Program-made: the position numbers and the translations under genes
In this document: one piece after another, positions 8,933 to 22,444 of the stretch
How positions within the stretch are numbered: position 1 is the stretch's first letter
Layout of the letters: every line of letters starts with the position of its first letter
The notes under the pieces: model-generated
Told to the model about the DNA's origin: nothing
Database searches by the model: none
What the model saw: the letters and a program-made list of their open reading frames with translations, nothing else
From: Phoronis australis
Taxonomy: Eukaryota; Animalia; Phoronida
Length of the DNA stretch: 37,461 bases
Assembly: GCA_002633005.1 (NCBI GenBank)
Contig: NMRA01000062.1
Coordinates: 1,120,952-1,158,412, forward strand
Direction of reading: 5' to 3'

Positions 8933-11900
8933 ACAACTAACCAGAAAGAAACAACAGAGGCACCGCCAACCAAAAATCAGGCTGCCACAACTGACCAATC
9001 ACCAACAACTCATCTGAATGTCACAACCGAACTTCCATCGACAACCAAACATCCGCCTACAACAATGCAGGTTGCTACGTCAGAAGTTCCTTCAACGACA
9101 CAACAGATTGTCTCAACTGAATTGGCATCATCAACTCATAAGCCTTTGTCTTCGGATAAACCATCTAGTACACTCCAAGGCGATACTTCAGGTTCTCCAT
9201 CAACCACGCAAGAGATTGATATAACGGAGCAGCAAACAACAAGTCGACAACCTGCTTCAACCATGAGGTCGTCATCCACAGCTCAGGTCGTCTCTTCAGA
9301 ACAGCCAGCAACAACTCAAAGCACGGTTGTACCTGAACAGTCTTCCACAAGTAACCAGAGAGCAACAACAGAGGCACCGCAAACCACAAAACAAGCTGCC
9401 ACAACTGAACAATCATCAACAGATATATTGAATATCACAACCAAACTGTCGTCCACCACCAAACATCCGCCTACAACAATGCAGGTTGCTACGTCAGAAG
9501 TTCCTTCAACGACACAACACATTGTCTCAACTGAATTGGCATCATCAACTCATAAGCTTTTGTCGTCGGATAAACCATCTAGTACACTCCAAGGCGATAC
9601 TTCAGGTTCTCCTTCAACCACGCAAGAGATTGATATAACGGAGCAGCAAACAACAAGTCGACAACCTGCTTCAACCATGAGGTCGTCATCCACAGCTCAG
9701 GTCGTCTCTTCAGAACAGCCAGCAACAACTCAAAGCATGGTTGTACCTGAACAGTCTTCCACAAGTAACCAGAGAGAAACAACAGAGGCACCGCAAACCA
9801 CAAAACAAGCTGCCACAACTGAGCAATCACCAACACCTCATCTGAATGTCACAACCGAACTTCCATCGACAACCAAACATCCGCCTACAACAATGCAGGT
9901 TGCTTTATCAGAAGATCCTTCAACGACACAACAGATTGTCTCTACTGAATTGGCATCATCAACTCAACAGCCTTTATCGTCGGATAAACCATCTAGTACA
10001 ATTCAAGGGGGTACTTCAGGTGCTCCATCAACAACGCAAGATATTGATATAACGGTGCAGCAAACAACAACTCGACAACCTGCTACAGCCATGAGGTCGT
10101 CATCCACTGCTCAGGTCGTCTCTTCTGAACAGCCAGCAACAACTCAAAGCACGGTTGTACCTGAAAAGTCTTCCACAAGTAACCAGAGAGAAACAACAGA
10201 GGCACCGCCAACCACAAAACAAGCTGCCACAACTGAACAATCNCAACCTGCTTCAACCATGAGGTCGTCATCCACAACTCAGGTCGTCTCTTCAGAACCG
10301 CCAGCAACAAGTCAAAGCAAAGTTGTTCCTGAACAGTCTTCGACAATTAACCAGAGAGAAACAACACAGGCACCGCGAAGCACAAAACAAAATGCCACAA
10401 CTGAAATACCATCAACAGCTAAACTGAATGTGACAACCAAACTGCCATCGACAGCCAAACATCCGTCTACAACAATGCAGGTTGCCACATCAGAAGTTCA
10501 TTCAACGACACAAAAGATTGTTTCAACTGAACTGGCATCATCAACTCAACAGACTTTATCGTCGGATAAACCATCTAGTACAATTCAAGGGGATACTTCA
10601 GTCGCTCTGTCAACCACGCAAGAGATTGATATATCGCAGCAGCAAACAACAAGTAGACAAACGGCTTCAACCATGAGGTCGTCATCCACAGCTCAGGTCG
10701 TCACTTCAGAACAACCAGCAACAACTCAAAGCACGGTTGTACCNGGGATACTTCAGTCGCTCTGTCAACCACGCAAGAGATTGATATAACGCAGCAGCAA
10801 ACAACAAGTCGACAACCTGCTTCAACCATGAGGTTGTCATCCACAGCTCAGGTCGTCTCTTCAGAACAGCCAGCAACAACTCAAAGAACGGTTGTACCTG
10901 AACAGTCTTCCACAAGTAACCAGAGAGAAACAACAGAGGCACCGCCAACCACAAAACAAGCTGCCACAACTGACCAATCACCAACACCTCATCTGAATGT
11001 CACAACCGAACTTCCATCGACAACCAAACATCAGCCTACAGCAATGCAGGTTGCTACATCAGAGGATCCTTCAACGACACAACAGATTGTCTCAACTGAA
11101 TTGGCATCATCAACTCAACAGCCTTTATCGTCGGTTAAACCATCTAGTACAATTCAAGGGGGTACTTCAGGTGCTCCATCATCCACGCAAGAGATTGATA
11201 TAACGGAGCAGCAAACAACAAGTCGACAACCTGCTACAACCATGAGGTCGTCATCCACAGCTCAGGTCGTCACTTCAGAACAGCCAGCAACAACTCAAAG
11301 CACGGTTGTACCTGAACAGTCTTCCACAAGTAACCAGAGAGAAACAACAGAGGCACCGCCAACCACAAAACAAGCTGACACAACTGAACAATCATCAACA
11401 GTTATATTGAATATCACAACCAAACTGTCGTCCACCGCCGAACATTCGTCTACAACAATGCAGGTTGCTACTTCAGAAGTTCGTTCAACGACACAAAATA
11501 TTGTTTCAACAGAAATGGCATCATCAACTCAACAGCCTTTATCGTCGGATAGACCATATAGTACAATTCAACGGGATACTTCAGGTGCTCCGTCAACCAC
11601 GCAAGAGTTTGATATAACGGAGCAGCAAACAACAAGTCGACAACCTGCTTCAACCATGAGGTCGTCATCCACAGCTCAGGTCGTCTCTTCAGAACAGCCA
11701 GCAACAACTCAAAGCACGATTGTACCTGAACAGTCTTCCACAAGTAACCAGAGAGAAACAACAGAGGCACCGCCAACCACAAAACAAGCTGCCACAACTG
11801 ACCAATTACCAACACCTCATCTGAATGTCACAACCGAACTTCCATCGACAACCAAACATCCCTCTACAACACTGCAGGTTGCTACATCAGAAGATCCTTC

Positions 11901-14900
11901 AACGACACAAAAGATTGTCTCAACTGAATTGGCATCATCAACTCAACAGCCTTTATCGTCGGATAAACCATCTAGTACAATTCAAGGGGGTACTTCAGGT
12001 GCTCCATCAACCAAGCAAGAGATTGATATAACGGAGCCGCAAACAACAAGTCGACAACCTGCTACAACCATGAGGTCGTCATCCATAGCTCAGGTCGTCT
12101 CTTCAGAACAGCCAGCAACAACCCAAAGCACGGTTGTACCTGAACAGTCTTCCACAAGTAACCAGAGAGAAACAACAGAGGCACCGCAAACCACAAAACA
12201 AGCTGCCACAACTGAACAATCATCAACAGATATATTGAATATCACAACCAAACTGTCGTCCACCGCCGAACATTCGTCTACAACAATGCAGGTTGCTACT
12301 TCAGAAGTTCGTTCAACGACACAACAGATTGTTTCAACTGAACTGGCATCATCAACTCAACAGCCTTTATCGTCGGATAAACCATCTAGTACAATTCAAG
12401 GGGATACTTCAGGTGCTCCATCAACCACGCAAGAGATTGATATAACGGAGCAGCAAACAACAAGTCGACAACCTGCTTCAACCATGAGGTCGTCATCCAC
12501 AACTCAGGTCGTCTCTTCAGAACCGCCAGCAACAAGTCAAAGCACAGTTGTACCTGAACAGTCTTCGACAATTAACCAGAGAGAAACAACACAGGCACCG
12601 CGAAGCACAAAACAAAATGCCACAACTGAAATACCATCAACAACTAAACTGAATGTGACAACCAAACTGCCATCGACAGCCAAACATCCGTCTACAACAA
12701 TGCAGGTTGCCACATCAGAAGTTCATTCAACGACACAACAGATTGTTTCAACTGAACTGGCATCATCAACTCAACAGCCTTTATCGTCGGATAAACCATC
12801 TAGTACAATTCAAGGGGATACTTCAGTCGCTCTGTCAACCACGCAAGAGATTGATATAACGCAGCAGCAAACAACAAGTCGACAACCTGCTACAACCATG
12901 AGGTGGTCATCCACAGCTCAGGTCGTCTCTTCAGAACAGCCGGCAACAACTCAAAGCACGGTTGTACCTGAACAGTCTTCCACAAGTAACCAGAGAGAAA
13001 CAACAGTGGCACCGCCAACCACAAAACAAGCTGCTACAACTGAACAGTCATCAACAACTCTATTGAATATCACAACCAAACTGCCGTCCACCGCCAAACA
13101 TTCGTCCACAACAATGCAGGTTGCTACTTCAGAAGTTCCTTCAACGACACAACAGATTGTTTCAACAGAAATGGCATCATCAACTCAACAGCCTTTATCG
13201 TCGGATAGACCATATAGTACAATTCAAGGGGATACTTCAGTCGTTCTGTCAAGCACGCAAGAGATTGATATAACGAAGCAGCAAACAACAAGTCGACAAC
13301 CTGCTTCAACCATGAGTCCGTCATCCACAGCTCAGGTCGTCTCTTCAGAACAGCCAGAAACAACTCAAAGCATGGTTGTACCTGAACAGTCTTCCACAAG
13401 TAACCAGAGAGAAACAACAGAGGCACCGCAAACCACAAAACAAGCTGCCACAACTGACCAATCACCAACACCTCATCTGAATGTCACAACCGAACTTCCA
13501 TCGACAACCAAACATCCGCCTACAACAATGCAGGTTGCTACATCAGAAGATCCTTCAACGACACAACAGATTGTCTCCACTGAATTGGCATCATCAACTC
13601 AACAGCCTTTATCGTCGGATAAACCATCTAGTACAATTCAAGGGGGTACTTCAGGTGCTCCATCAACAACGCAAGAGATTGATATAACGGTGCAGCAAAC
13701 AACAACTCGACAACCTGCTACAGCCATGAGGTCGTCATCCACAGCTCANNNNNNNNNNNNNNNNNNNNNNNNNNNNNNNNNNNNNNNNNNNNNNNNNNNN
13801 NNNNNNNNNNNNNNNNNNNNNNNNNNNNNNNNNNNNNNNNNNNNNNNNNNNNNNNNNNNNNNNNNNNNNNNNNNNNNNNNNNNNNNNNNNNNNNNNNNNN
13901 NNNNNNNNNNNNNNNNNNNNNNNNNNNNNNNNNNNNNNNNNNNNNNNNNNNNNNNNNNNNNNNNNNNNNNNNNNNNNNNNNNNNNNNNNNNNNNNNNNNN
14001 NNNNNNNNNNNNNNNNNNNNNNNNNNNNNNNNNNNNNNNNNNNNNNNNNNNNNNNNNNNNNNNNNNNNNNNNNNNNNNNNNNNNNNNNNNNNNNNNNNNN
14101 NNNNNNNNNNNNNNNNNNNNNNNNNNNNNNNNNNNNNNNNNNNNNNNNNNNNNNNNNNNNNNNNNNNNNNNNNNNNNNNNNNNNNNNNTGTACAGTCTTC
14201 CACAACTAACCAGAAAGAAACAACAGAGGCACCGCCAACCACAAATCAGGCTGCCACAACTGACCAATCACCAACACCTCATCTGAATGTCACAACCGAA
14301 CTTCCATCGACAACCAAACATCCGCCTACAACAATGCAGGTTGCTACGTCAGAAGTTCCTTCAACGGCACAACAGATTGTCTCAACTGAATTGGCATCAT
14401 CAACTCAACAGCCTTTATCGTCGGATAAACCATCTAGTACACTTCAAGGCGATACTTCAGGCTCTCCATCAACCATGCAAGAGATTTATATAACGGAGCA
14501 GCAAACAAGAAGTCGACAACCTGCTTCAACCATGAGGTCGTCATCCACAGCTCAGGTCCTCTCTTCAGAAAAGCCAGCAACAACTCAAAGCACGGTTGTA
14601 CCTGAACAGTCTTCCACAAGTCACCAGAGAGAAACAACAGAGGCACCGCCAACCACAAAACAAGCTGCCACAACTGAACAATCATCAACAGATATATTGA
14701 ATATCACAACCAAACTGTCGTCCACCGCCAATAATTCGTCTACAACAATGCAGGTTGCTACTTCAGAAGTTCGTTCAACGACACAACAGATTGTTTCAAC
14801 TGAACTGGCATCATCAACTCAACAGCCTTTATCGTCGGATAAACCAACTAGTACAATTCAAGGGGATACTTCAGGTGCTCCATCAACCACGCAAGAGATT

Positions 14901-17900
14901 GATATAACGGAGCAGCAAACAACAAGTCGACAACCTACTTCAATCATGAGGTCGTCATCCACAACTCAGGTCGTCTCTTCAGAACAGCCAGCAACAAGTC
15001 AAAGCACAGTTGTACCTGAACAGTCTTCGATAATTAACCAGAGAGAAACAACACAGGCACCGCGAAGCACAAAACAAAATGCCACAACTGAAATACCATC
15101 AACAACTAAACTGAATGTCACAACCAAACTGTCATCGACAGCCAAACATCCGTCTACAACAATGCAGGTTGCCACATCAGAAGTTCATTCAACGACACAA
15201 CAGATTGTTTCAACTGAACTGGCATCATCAACTCAACAGCCTTTATCGTCGGATAAACCATCTAGTACAATTCAAGGGGATACTTCAGTCGCTCTGTCAA
15301 CCACGCAAGAGATTGATATAACGCAGCAGCAAACAACAAGTAGACAACCTGCTTCAACAATGAGTCTGTCATCCACAACTGAGGTCATCTCTTCAGAACA
15401 GCCAGCACCAACTCAAAGCACGGTTGTACCAGAACAGTCTTCCACAACTAACCAGAAAGAAACAACAGAGGCACCGCCAACCACAAATCAGGCTGCCACA
15501 GCTGACCAATCACTAACACCTCATCTGAATGTCACAACCGAACTTCCATCGACAACCAAACATCCGCCTACAACAATGCAGGTTGTTACGTCAGAAGTTC
15601 CTTCAACGACACAACAGATTGTCTCAACTGAATTGGCATCATCAACTCAACAGCCTTTGTCGTCGGATAAACCATCTAGTACACTTCAAGGCGATACTTC
15701 AGGTTCTCCATCAACCACGCAAGAGATTGATATAACGGAGCAGCAAACAACAAGTCGACAACCTGCTTCAACCATGAGGTCGTCATCCACAGCTCAGGTC
15801 GTCTCTTCAGAAAAGCCAGCAACAACTCAAAGCACGGTTGTACCTGAACAGTCTTCCACAAGTCACCAGAGAGAAACAACAGAGGCACCGCCAACCACAA
15901 AACAAGCTGCCACAACTGAACAATCATCAACAGTTATATTGAATATCACAACCAAACTGATGTCCACCGCCAAACATTCGTCTACAACAATGCAGGTTGC
16001 TACTTCAGAAGTTCGTTTAACGACACAACAGATTGTTTCAACTGAACTGGCATCATCAACTCAACAGCCTTTATCATCGGATAAACCATCTAGTACAATT
16101 CAAGGGGATACTTCAGGTGCTCCATCAACCACGCAAGTGATTGATATAACGGAGCAGCAAACAACAAGTCGACAACCTGCTTCAACCATGAGGTCGTCAT
16201 CCACAACTCAGGTCGTCTCTTCAGAACAGCCAGCAACAAGTCAAAGCACAGTTGTACCTGAACAGTCCTCGACAATTAACCAGAGAGAAACAACACAGGC
16301 ACCGCGAAGCACAAAACAAAATGCCACAACTGAAACACCATCAACAACTAAACTGAATGTCACAACCAAACTGTCATCGACAGCCAAACATCCGTCTACA
16401 ACAATGCAGGTTGCCACATCAGAAGTTCATTCAACGATACAACAGATTGTTTCAACTGAACTGGCATCATCAACTCTACAGCCTTTATCGTCGGATAGAC
16501 CATATAGTACAATTCAAGGGGATACTTCAGGTGCTCCATCAACCACGCAAGAGATTGATATAACGGAGCAGCAAACAACAAGTCGACAACCTGCTTCAAC
16601 CATGAGGTCGTCATCCACAGCTCAGGTCGTCTCTTCAGAACAGCCAGCAACAACTCAAAGCACGGTTGTACATGTACAGTCTTCCACAACTAACCAGAAA
16701 GAAACAACAGAGGCACCGCCAACCACAAATCAGGCTGCCACAACTGACCAATCACCAACACCTCATCTGAATGTCACAACCGAACTTCCATCGACAACCA
16801 AACATCCGCCTACAACAATGCAGGTTGCTACGTCAGAAGTTCCTTCAACGGCACAACAGATTGTCTCAACTGAATTGGCATCATCAACTCAACAGCCTTT
16901 ATCGTCGGATAAACCATCTAGTACACTTCAAGGCGATACTTCAGGCTCTCCATCAACCATGCAAGAGATTTATATAACGGAGCAGCAAACAACAAGTCGA
17001 CAACCTGCTTCAACCATGAGGTCGTCATCCACAGCTCAGGTCGTCTCTTCAGAAAAGCCAGCAACAACTCAAAGCACGGTTGTACCTGAACAGTCTTCCA
17101 CAAGTCACCAGAGAGAAACAACAGAGGCACCGCCAACCACAAAACAAGCTGCCACAACTGAACAATCATCAACAGATACATTGAATATCACAACCAAACT
17201 GTCGTCCACCGCCAATAATTCGTCTACAACAATGCAGGTTGCTACTTCAGAAGTTCGTTCAACGACACAACAGATTGTTTCAACTGAACTGGCATCATCA
17301 ACTCAACAGCCTTTATCGTCGGATAAACCATCTAGTACAATTCAAGGGGATACTTCAGGTGCTCCATCAACCACGCAAGAGATTGATATAACGGAGCAGC
17401 AAACAACAAGTCGACAACCTGCTTCAACCATGAGGTCGTCATCCACAACTCAGGTCGTCTCTTCAGAACAGCCAGCAACAAGTCAAAGCACAGTTGTACC
17501 TGAACAGTCTTCGACAATTAACCAGAGAGAAACAACACAGGCACTGCGAAGCACAAAACAAGCTGCCACAACTGAAATACCATCAACAACTAAACTGAAT
17601 GTCACAACCAAACTGCCATCAACAGCCAAACATCCGTCTACAACAATGCAGGTTGCCACATCAGAAGTTCAATCAACGACACAACAGATTGTTTTAACTG
17701 AACTGGCATCATCAACTCAACAGCCTTTATCGTCGGATAAACAATCTAGTACAATTCAAGGGGATACTTCAGTCGCTGTGTCAACCACGCAAGAGATTGA
17801 TATAACGGAGCAGAAAACAACAAGTCGACACCCTGCTTCAACCATGAGGTCGTCATCCACAACTCAGGTCGTCTCTTCAGAACAGCCAGCAACAACTGAA

Positions 17901-19720
17901 ACTACGGTTGTCCCCGAACAGTCTTCGACAATTAACCAGAGAGAAACAACAGAGGCACCGCGAAGCACAAAACAAGCTGCCACAACTGAAATATCATCAA
18001 CAACTAAACTGAATGTCACAACCAAACTGCCATCGACAGCCAAACAACCGTCTACAACAATGCAGGTTGCTACATCAGAAGATCATTCAACGACGCAACA
18101 GATTGTTTCAACTGAACTGGCATCATCAACTCAACAGCCTTCATCGTCGGATAAACCATCTAGTACAATTCAAGGGGATACTTCAGTCGCTCTGTCAACC
18201 ACACAAGAGATTGATATAACGGAGCAGCAAACAACAAGTCGACAACCTGCTTCAACCATGAGTCCGTCATCCACAACTCAGGTCGTCTCTTCAGAAAAGC
18301 CAGCAACAACTCAAAGAACGGTTGTATCTGAACAGTCTTCCACAACTATCCAGAAAGAAACAACAGAGACACCGCCAACCACAAATCAGGCTGCCACAAC
18401 TGACCAATCACCAACACCTCATCTGAATGTCACAACCGAACTTTTATCGACAGCCAAACATCCGCCTACAACAATGCAAGTTGCTACGTCAGAAGTTCCT
18501 TCAACGACAAAACAGATTGTCTCCACTGAATTGGCATCATCAACTAAACAGCCTTTGTCGTCGGATAAACCATCTAGTACACTTCAAGGCGATACTTCAG
18601 GTTTTCCATCAACCACGCAAGAGACTGATATAACGGAGCAGCAAACAACAAGTCGACAACCTGCTTCAACCATGAGGTCGTCATCCACAGCTCAGGTCGG
18701 CTCTTCAGAACAGCTAGCAACAACTCAAAGCACGGTTGTACCTGATCAGTCTTCCACAAGTAACCAGAGAGAAACAACACAGGCACCGCCAACTACAAAA
18801 CAAGCTGCCACAACTGAACAATCATCAAAAACTATATTGAATATCACAACCAAACTGCCGTCCACCGCCAAATATTCGTCTACAACAATGCAGGTTGCTA
18901 CTCCCGAAGTTCCTTCAACGACACAACAGATTGTTTCAACTGAACTGGCATCATCAACTCAACAGCCTTTATCGTCGGATAAACCAACTAGTACGATTCA
19001 AAGGGATACTTCAAGTGCTTCATCAACCACGCAAGAGATTCATAAAACAGAGCTGCAAACAACAAGTCGAAAACCTGATTCAACCATGAGGTCGTCATCC
19101 ACAACTCAGGGCGTCTCTTCAGAACAGCCAGCAACAAGTCAAAGCACAGTTGTACATGAACAGTCTTCGACAATTGACCAGAGAGAAACAACAGTGGCAC
19201 CGCGAAGCAGAAAACATAATGCCACAACTGAAATACCATCAACAACTAAACTGAATGTCACAACCAAACTGCCATCGACAACCAAGCATCCGTCTACAAC
19301 AATGCAGGTTGCCACATCAGAAGTTCATTCAACGACACAACAGATTGTTTTAACTGAACTGGCATCATCAACTCAACAGCCTTTATCGTCGGATAAACCA
19401 TCTAGTACAATTCAAGGGGATACTTCAGTCGCTCTGTCAACCACGCAAGAGATTGATATAACGCAGCAGCAAACAACAAGTAGACAACCTGCTTCAACCA
19501 TGAGTCCGTCATCCACAACTGAGGTCATCTCTTCAGAACAGCCAGCAACAACTCAAAGCACGGTTGTACCTGAACAGTCTTCCACAACTAACCAGAAAGA
19601 AACAACAGAGGCACCGCCAACCACAAAACAAGCTGCCACAACTGAACAATCATCAACAACTATATTGAATGTCACAACCAAACTGCCGTCCACCGCCAAA
19701 CATTCCTCTACAACAACGCA
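8933..19720 (+). repeat. Coding tandem array, 414-bp (138-aa) unit, ~25 assembled copies
   Basis: ATGCAGGTTGC recurs every 414 bp (e.g. 14334, 14748, 15162); 25 LN(V/I)TT landmarks counted. Confidence 0.97.
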
Positions 19721-19833
19721 ACCCAGGCTTACAATCGAACGCACAAACGCAACACAGATGGTAACTGACAGATATACAGTTGAGCAAGCATCCGTTACGT
19801 CTATTGGTGAATCAACAACTACTGAACTGCCAG
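8933..19833 (+). CDS. Giant mucin PTS tandem-repeat exon (Thr/Ser/Gln/Pro-rich, O-glycosylated domain)
   Basis: ORFs 9065..10789, 10828..14286 and 14334..19886 change frame only at assembly n's. Donor CCAG|GTACAA at 19833 (phase 1). The 5' boundary is uncertain. Confidence 0.9.
13749..14188. other. Assembly gap (440 N); single-n breaks also at 7650, 10243 and 10744
   Basis: N characters in the sequence; the repeat register jumps at 10243 and 10744. Confidence 0.99.
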
Positions 19834-19962
19834 GTACAATTATCTACATTGTGATTAATTTCTCAAAAGATTTGGCACATTTGTAATGGAACCTAAGTTG
19901 CACTTCAAGATACTCTGTTAATTCTCTGTTACTTTAATCGATTACCCCATTTGTGCTTCCAG

Positions 19963-20142
19963 TTATCAATTGTTCCCAGCCTCTGAAGGAAGATCCGAAT
20001 ACTGTACGAAATGGGTCAACTTTCACGTATGGATCCGTTCTCGAGTATGCGTGCGTGCCTGGTTTTGAGCCGAAGTCTGGAGAAACTCTGCTGATGTGTC
20101 TGTATAATGCTACTTGGAACGCTCGCCCTCTGCAATGTCACA
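19963..20142 (+). CDS. Mucin exon: Sushi/CCP domain 1
   Basis: ttccag| VINCSQP...TYGSVLEYACVPGF...CLYNATWNARPLQCH |gtatgt; phase 1-1. Confidence 0.92.
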
Positions 20143-20163
20143 GTATGTAAACTACAAACTAAC

Positions 20164-20316
20164 CAGGCGTGCGCTCAGTAACGCTATGACCTACGCTAGG
20201 ACCTAGCTAATATCTAGTTTACGTCACGCGTTCTCATTTAAAATACACGGTAATATCTCACGGAATCTCGCGAAGTGTTGCGTGTTAGCGATGTCCTAGC
20301 GTTAGTGAATGGCCTG
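20164..20316. mobile_element. Short palindromic MITE (second copy at 25373-25515)
   Basis: tcagtaacgcta...gctaggacctagctaa pairs with ttagcgatgtcctagcgttagtga. The core gtcacg.gttctc.tttaaaat.cac...aatatctcacg...tcgcgaagt is shared with 25373-25515. Confidence 0.7.
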
Positions 20317-21291
20317 CAGTTCTTTCGTCAACACCAGAGGTCTGTTTCATGAAATTGGCTAAAGGCTTAAGACAGAGAAATTTGGTCTTACTTCACAAAT
20401 GCAAAATAAAGGTTTAGTCACGTAATGATTAGCACAGAACTGCCTGGAAATAATTTGTACAAAAGTTCTCAAATTTGGGTATATTCTCAGATACATTATT
20501 TCTTTACTAAAGTGAATTTTAATAAATTTTTAAAAAGTTGTTATGTGGGAGCGTAAAATCATTTTTAAAATTCTCAAAAATGTGAACAAAGTACATGTAC
20601 TTATATCCCTGGGCTTGGGTATGAACATCCTCAACACAAAGAAGAAATACGAGAGAAGACTCTCATTAGTAAAACAATGTTACACCAGTGGTAATCCCGA
20701 GTACTGAAATAAGCATTGGCGTATCGATGTCGAAACCTGTTGCTCCTGCATCTCCCTTCGATTCTAATTTGCTTAATCGTGGCATCCTTAATACTTTTTT
20801 TCTAACCCAAGTAGATGAATGCGCTTAAGAGAAACAATTTGAATGGACAACACTACGATTTACAATATTTTTACTATGAGAGCTACGGGAAGGATCCCAT
20901 AATTTGCTTGCATCCTACGCAGAAAGTGGAGTCTAGGTCATGGTCAGCATTTATAGCTGTGTTAAATTGCGGTGCCGCAAATCGGTTCCAACTGCGGGAA
21001 TTGGTGGTGAAACTGCTGACAATCGTACTCTAACGGGGTCGAACTGTAATAAGTCGTGATGCACCGTAGTTTGTTATTCTAAGTGTTAAAAACTACCACG
21101 GGTCACCATACCTCGACAAGTAGCTAAAGCATACTCTTGCGACACCGTAATGAGCCTCTACCTTCACCATCGTAACCGTAAAATCATCGTGGGACTATAG
21201 TACATGATACAGTGTTGGAACGAAACTATCCCGGAGTGACCATGAAGAAAATCAACAGGATTTTGTAAGCCTGGACGGCGGTCGACTTATA

Positions 21292-22444
21292 CAGCCGATT
21301 TCATAGAGGTGGTTTAAAGTTAAACCTGGACTTAGACCAGGTTTAAAGATAATCTGCATTTCATAAAGGTGGTTTAAGTTTTAGACCAGTGGTCCAGTAA
21401 AACCTGGTTTAACTCCAGCTTAGACCTGGTCTAAGTCAGTTTTCATTTCAACAACGAGGTCTATATTCTTTAGACCTGTAATAAGATCTTAAACCATGTT
21501 TAACTTTAGACTTGGTCAGGCCCAGGTTTAACTGTTAAATATGTCAGGCATGCGTGGTATGGGTACAACTGAATGATGCCGCGGAGTGCATTTGCGACGC
21601 AGATTTAGAGCTAAAATGGACTATTTTCAATATTCAGTTTTACTACGACACAAGATCAATCGTAGCAGGGGCGGATTTAGGATATTTTAAAGGGGAAGGG
21701 CGGTCAAGGACTTTTTGAAAGGGGAGACTAAGTCAACAATTTTAGAATTATAGATTTGATATCACTAAAATCAAGGGCAAAAGGGGGCTCCGGACCCCTT
21801 GACCCCCCTGGATCTGCCTATGCGTAGACCAGTGCGTGCTGGAGTGTGTCCTGCGGATTCCTCAGAATACGATTGGTCGAGTAGGGGGCCATCGTCGTAA
21901 GCGCTACGGATTTGACTTCAGAATGCATCTTCTGATTCTTCTGAGTTCTACCTCCACTGTTCTCCGCTTTAAAGTTGCCGGGAAGGGGTCTTGCTCCCCA
22001 TTTGGCCGCGAAAAATAAACTCTAAAATGACACGGAAATAAATTTGGGCATCTATCATGTTACATCTAATCATGAGCATGTTCTTTAATGTGTGTGTGTT
22101 GGGCACAGAAATTTTTCCTCATGAGAAAAGCTTTTAGACCTTTTTCGTAACTGTATGCACTGATTCTACTAGTGTATGCCATTGTATACCCACGTGATCA
22201 AGGTTTCATTGAAGCACTTCAATAGTTTCTTCGTTGGGTTTACCCAGCTCGACACAGTGGGGTGCCTTTAATACTTTAAACCTGGTTTTAGTAAACCCGC
22301 TCCCTGGTCTAGCAAAACCAGGCTTTCAGACTCTTAAACCGTGTTGGTGAAATGCAAGTCAGGTCTAAAATTAGACCAGGTTTCGGAAGACCAGGTTTAA
22401 GTCTTAAACCTGGTTTTGTTAAACCACCTTTGTGAAATCGGCTG
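21292..22444. mobile_element. Non-autonomous PIF/Harbinger-like element with TIRs and subterminal AAACCTGGTTT-type repeats
   Basis: TIR cagccgatttca(tag/caa)aggtggtttaa at both ends; 3-bp direct repeat ATA at 21289-21291 and 22445-22447. Confidence 0.85.
21666..21822. mobile_element. 157-bp GC-ended MITE nested inside the Harbinger-like element
   Basis: Ends caggggcggattt / ggatctgcctatg are imperfect inverted repeats; 5-bp direct repeat CGTAG at 21661-21665 and 21823-21827. Confidence 0.8.

Noticed and set aside
13718-14267. ORFs made mostly of X
   Set aside because: They are translations of the N gap.
10243-14334. Apparent frameshifts splitting the mucin into three ORFs
   Set aside because: The frame changes coincide with n10744 and the N-run 13749-14188, so they are assembly breaks rather than pseudogenisation or programmed frameshifting.
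9018-19245. Many repeated 61-115-aa ORFs (MSQPNFHRQP... on +; MMIVQLWQLVLW... on -) resembling a small-peptide gene array
   Set aside because: They are alternative-frame and antisense shadows of the 414-bp mucin repeat; the long open PTS frame explains them.
8933-19720. CRISPR-like or non-coding satellite interpretation of the array
   Set aside because: There are no unique spacers, the unit length is a multiple of 3, the frame is open, and the exon splices in phase to the Sushi exons.
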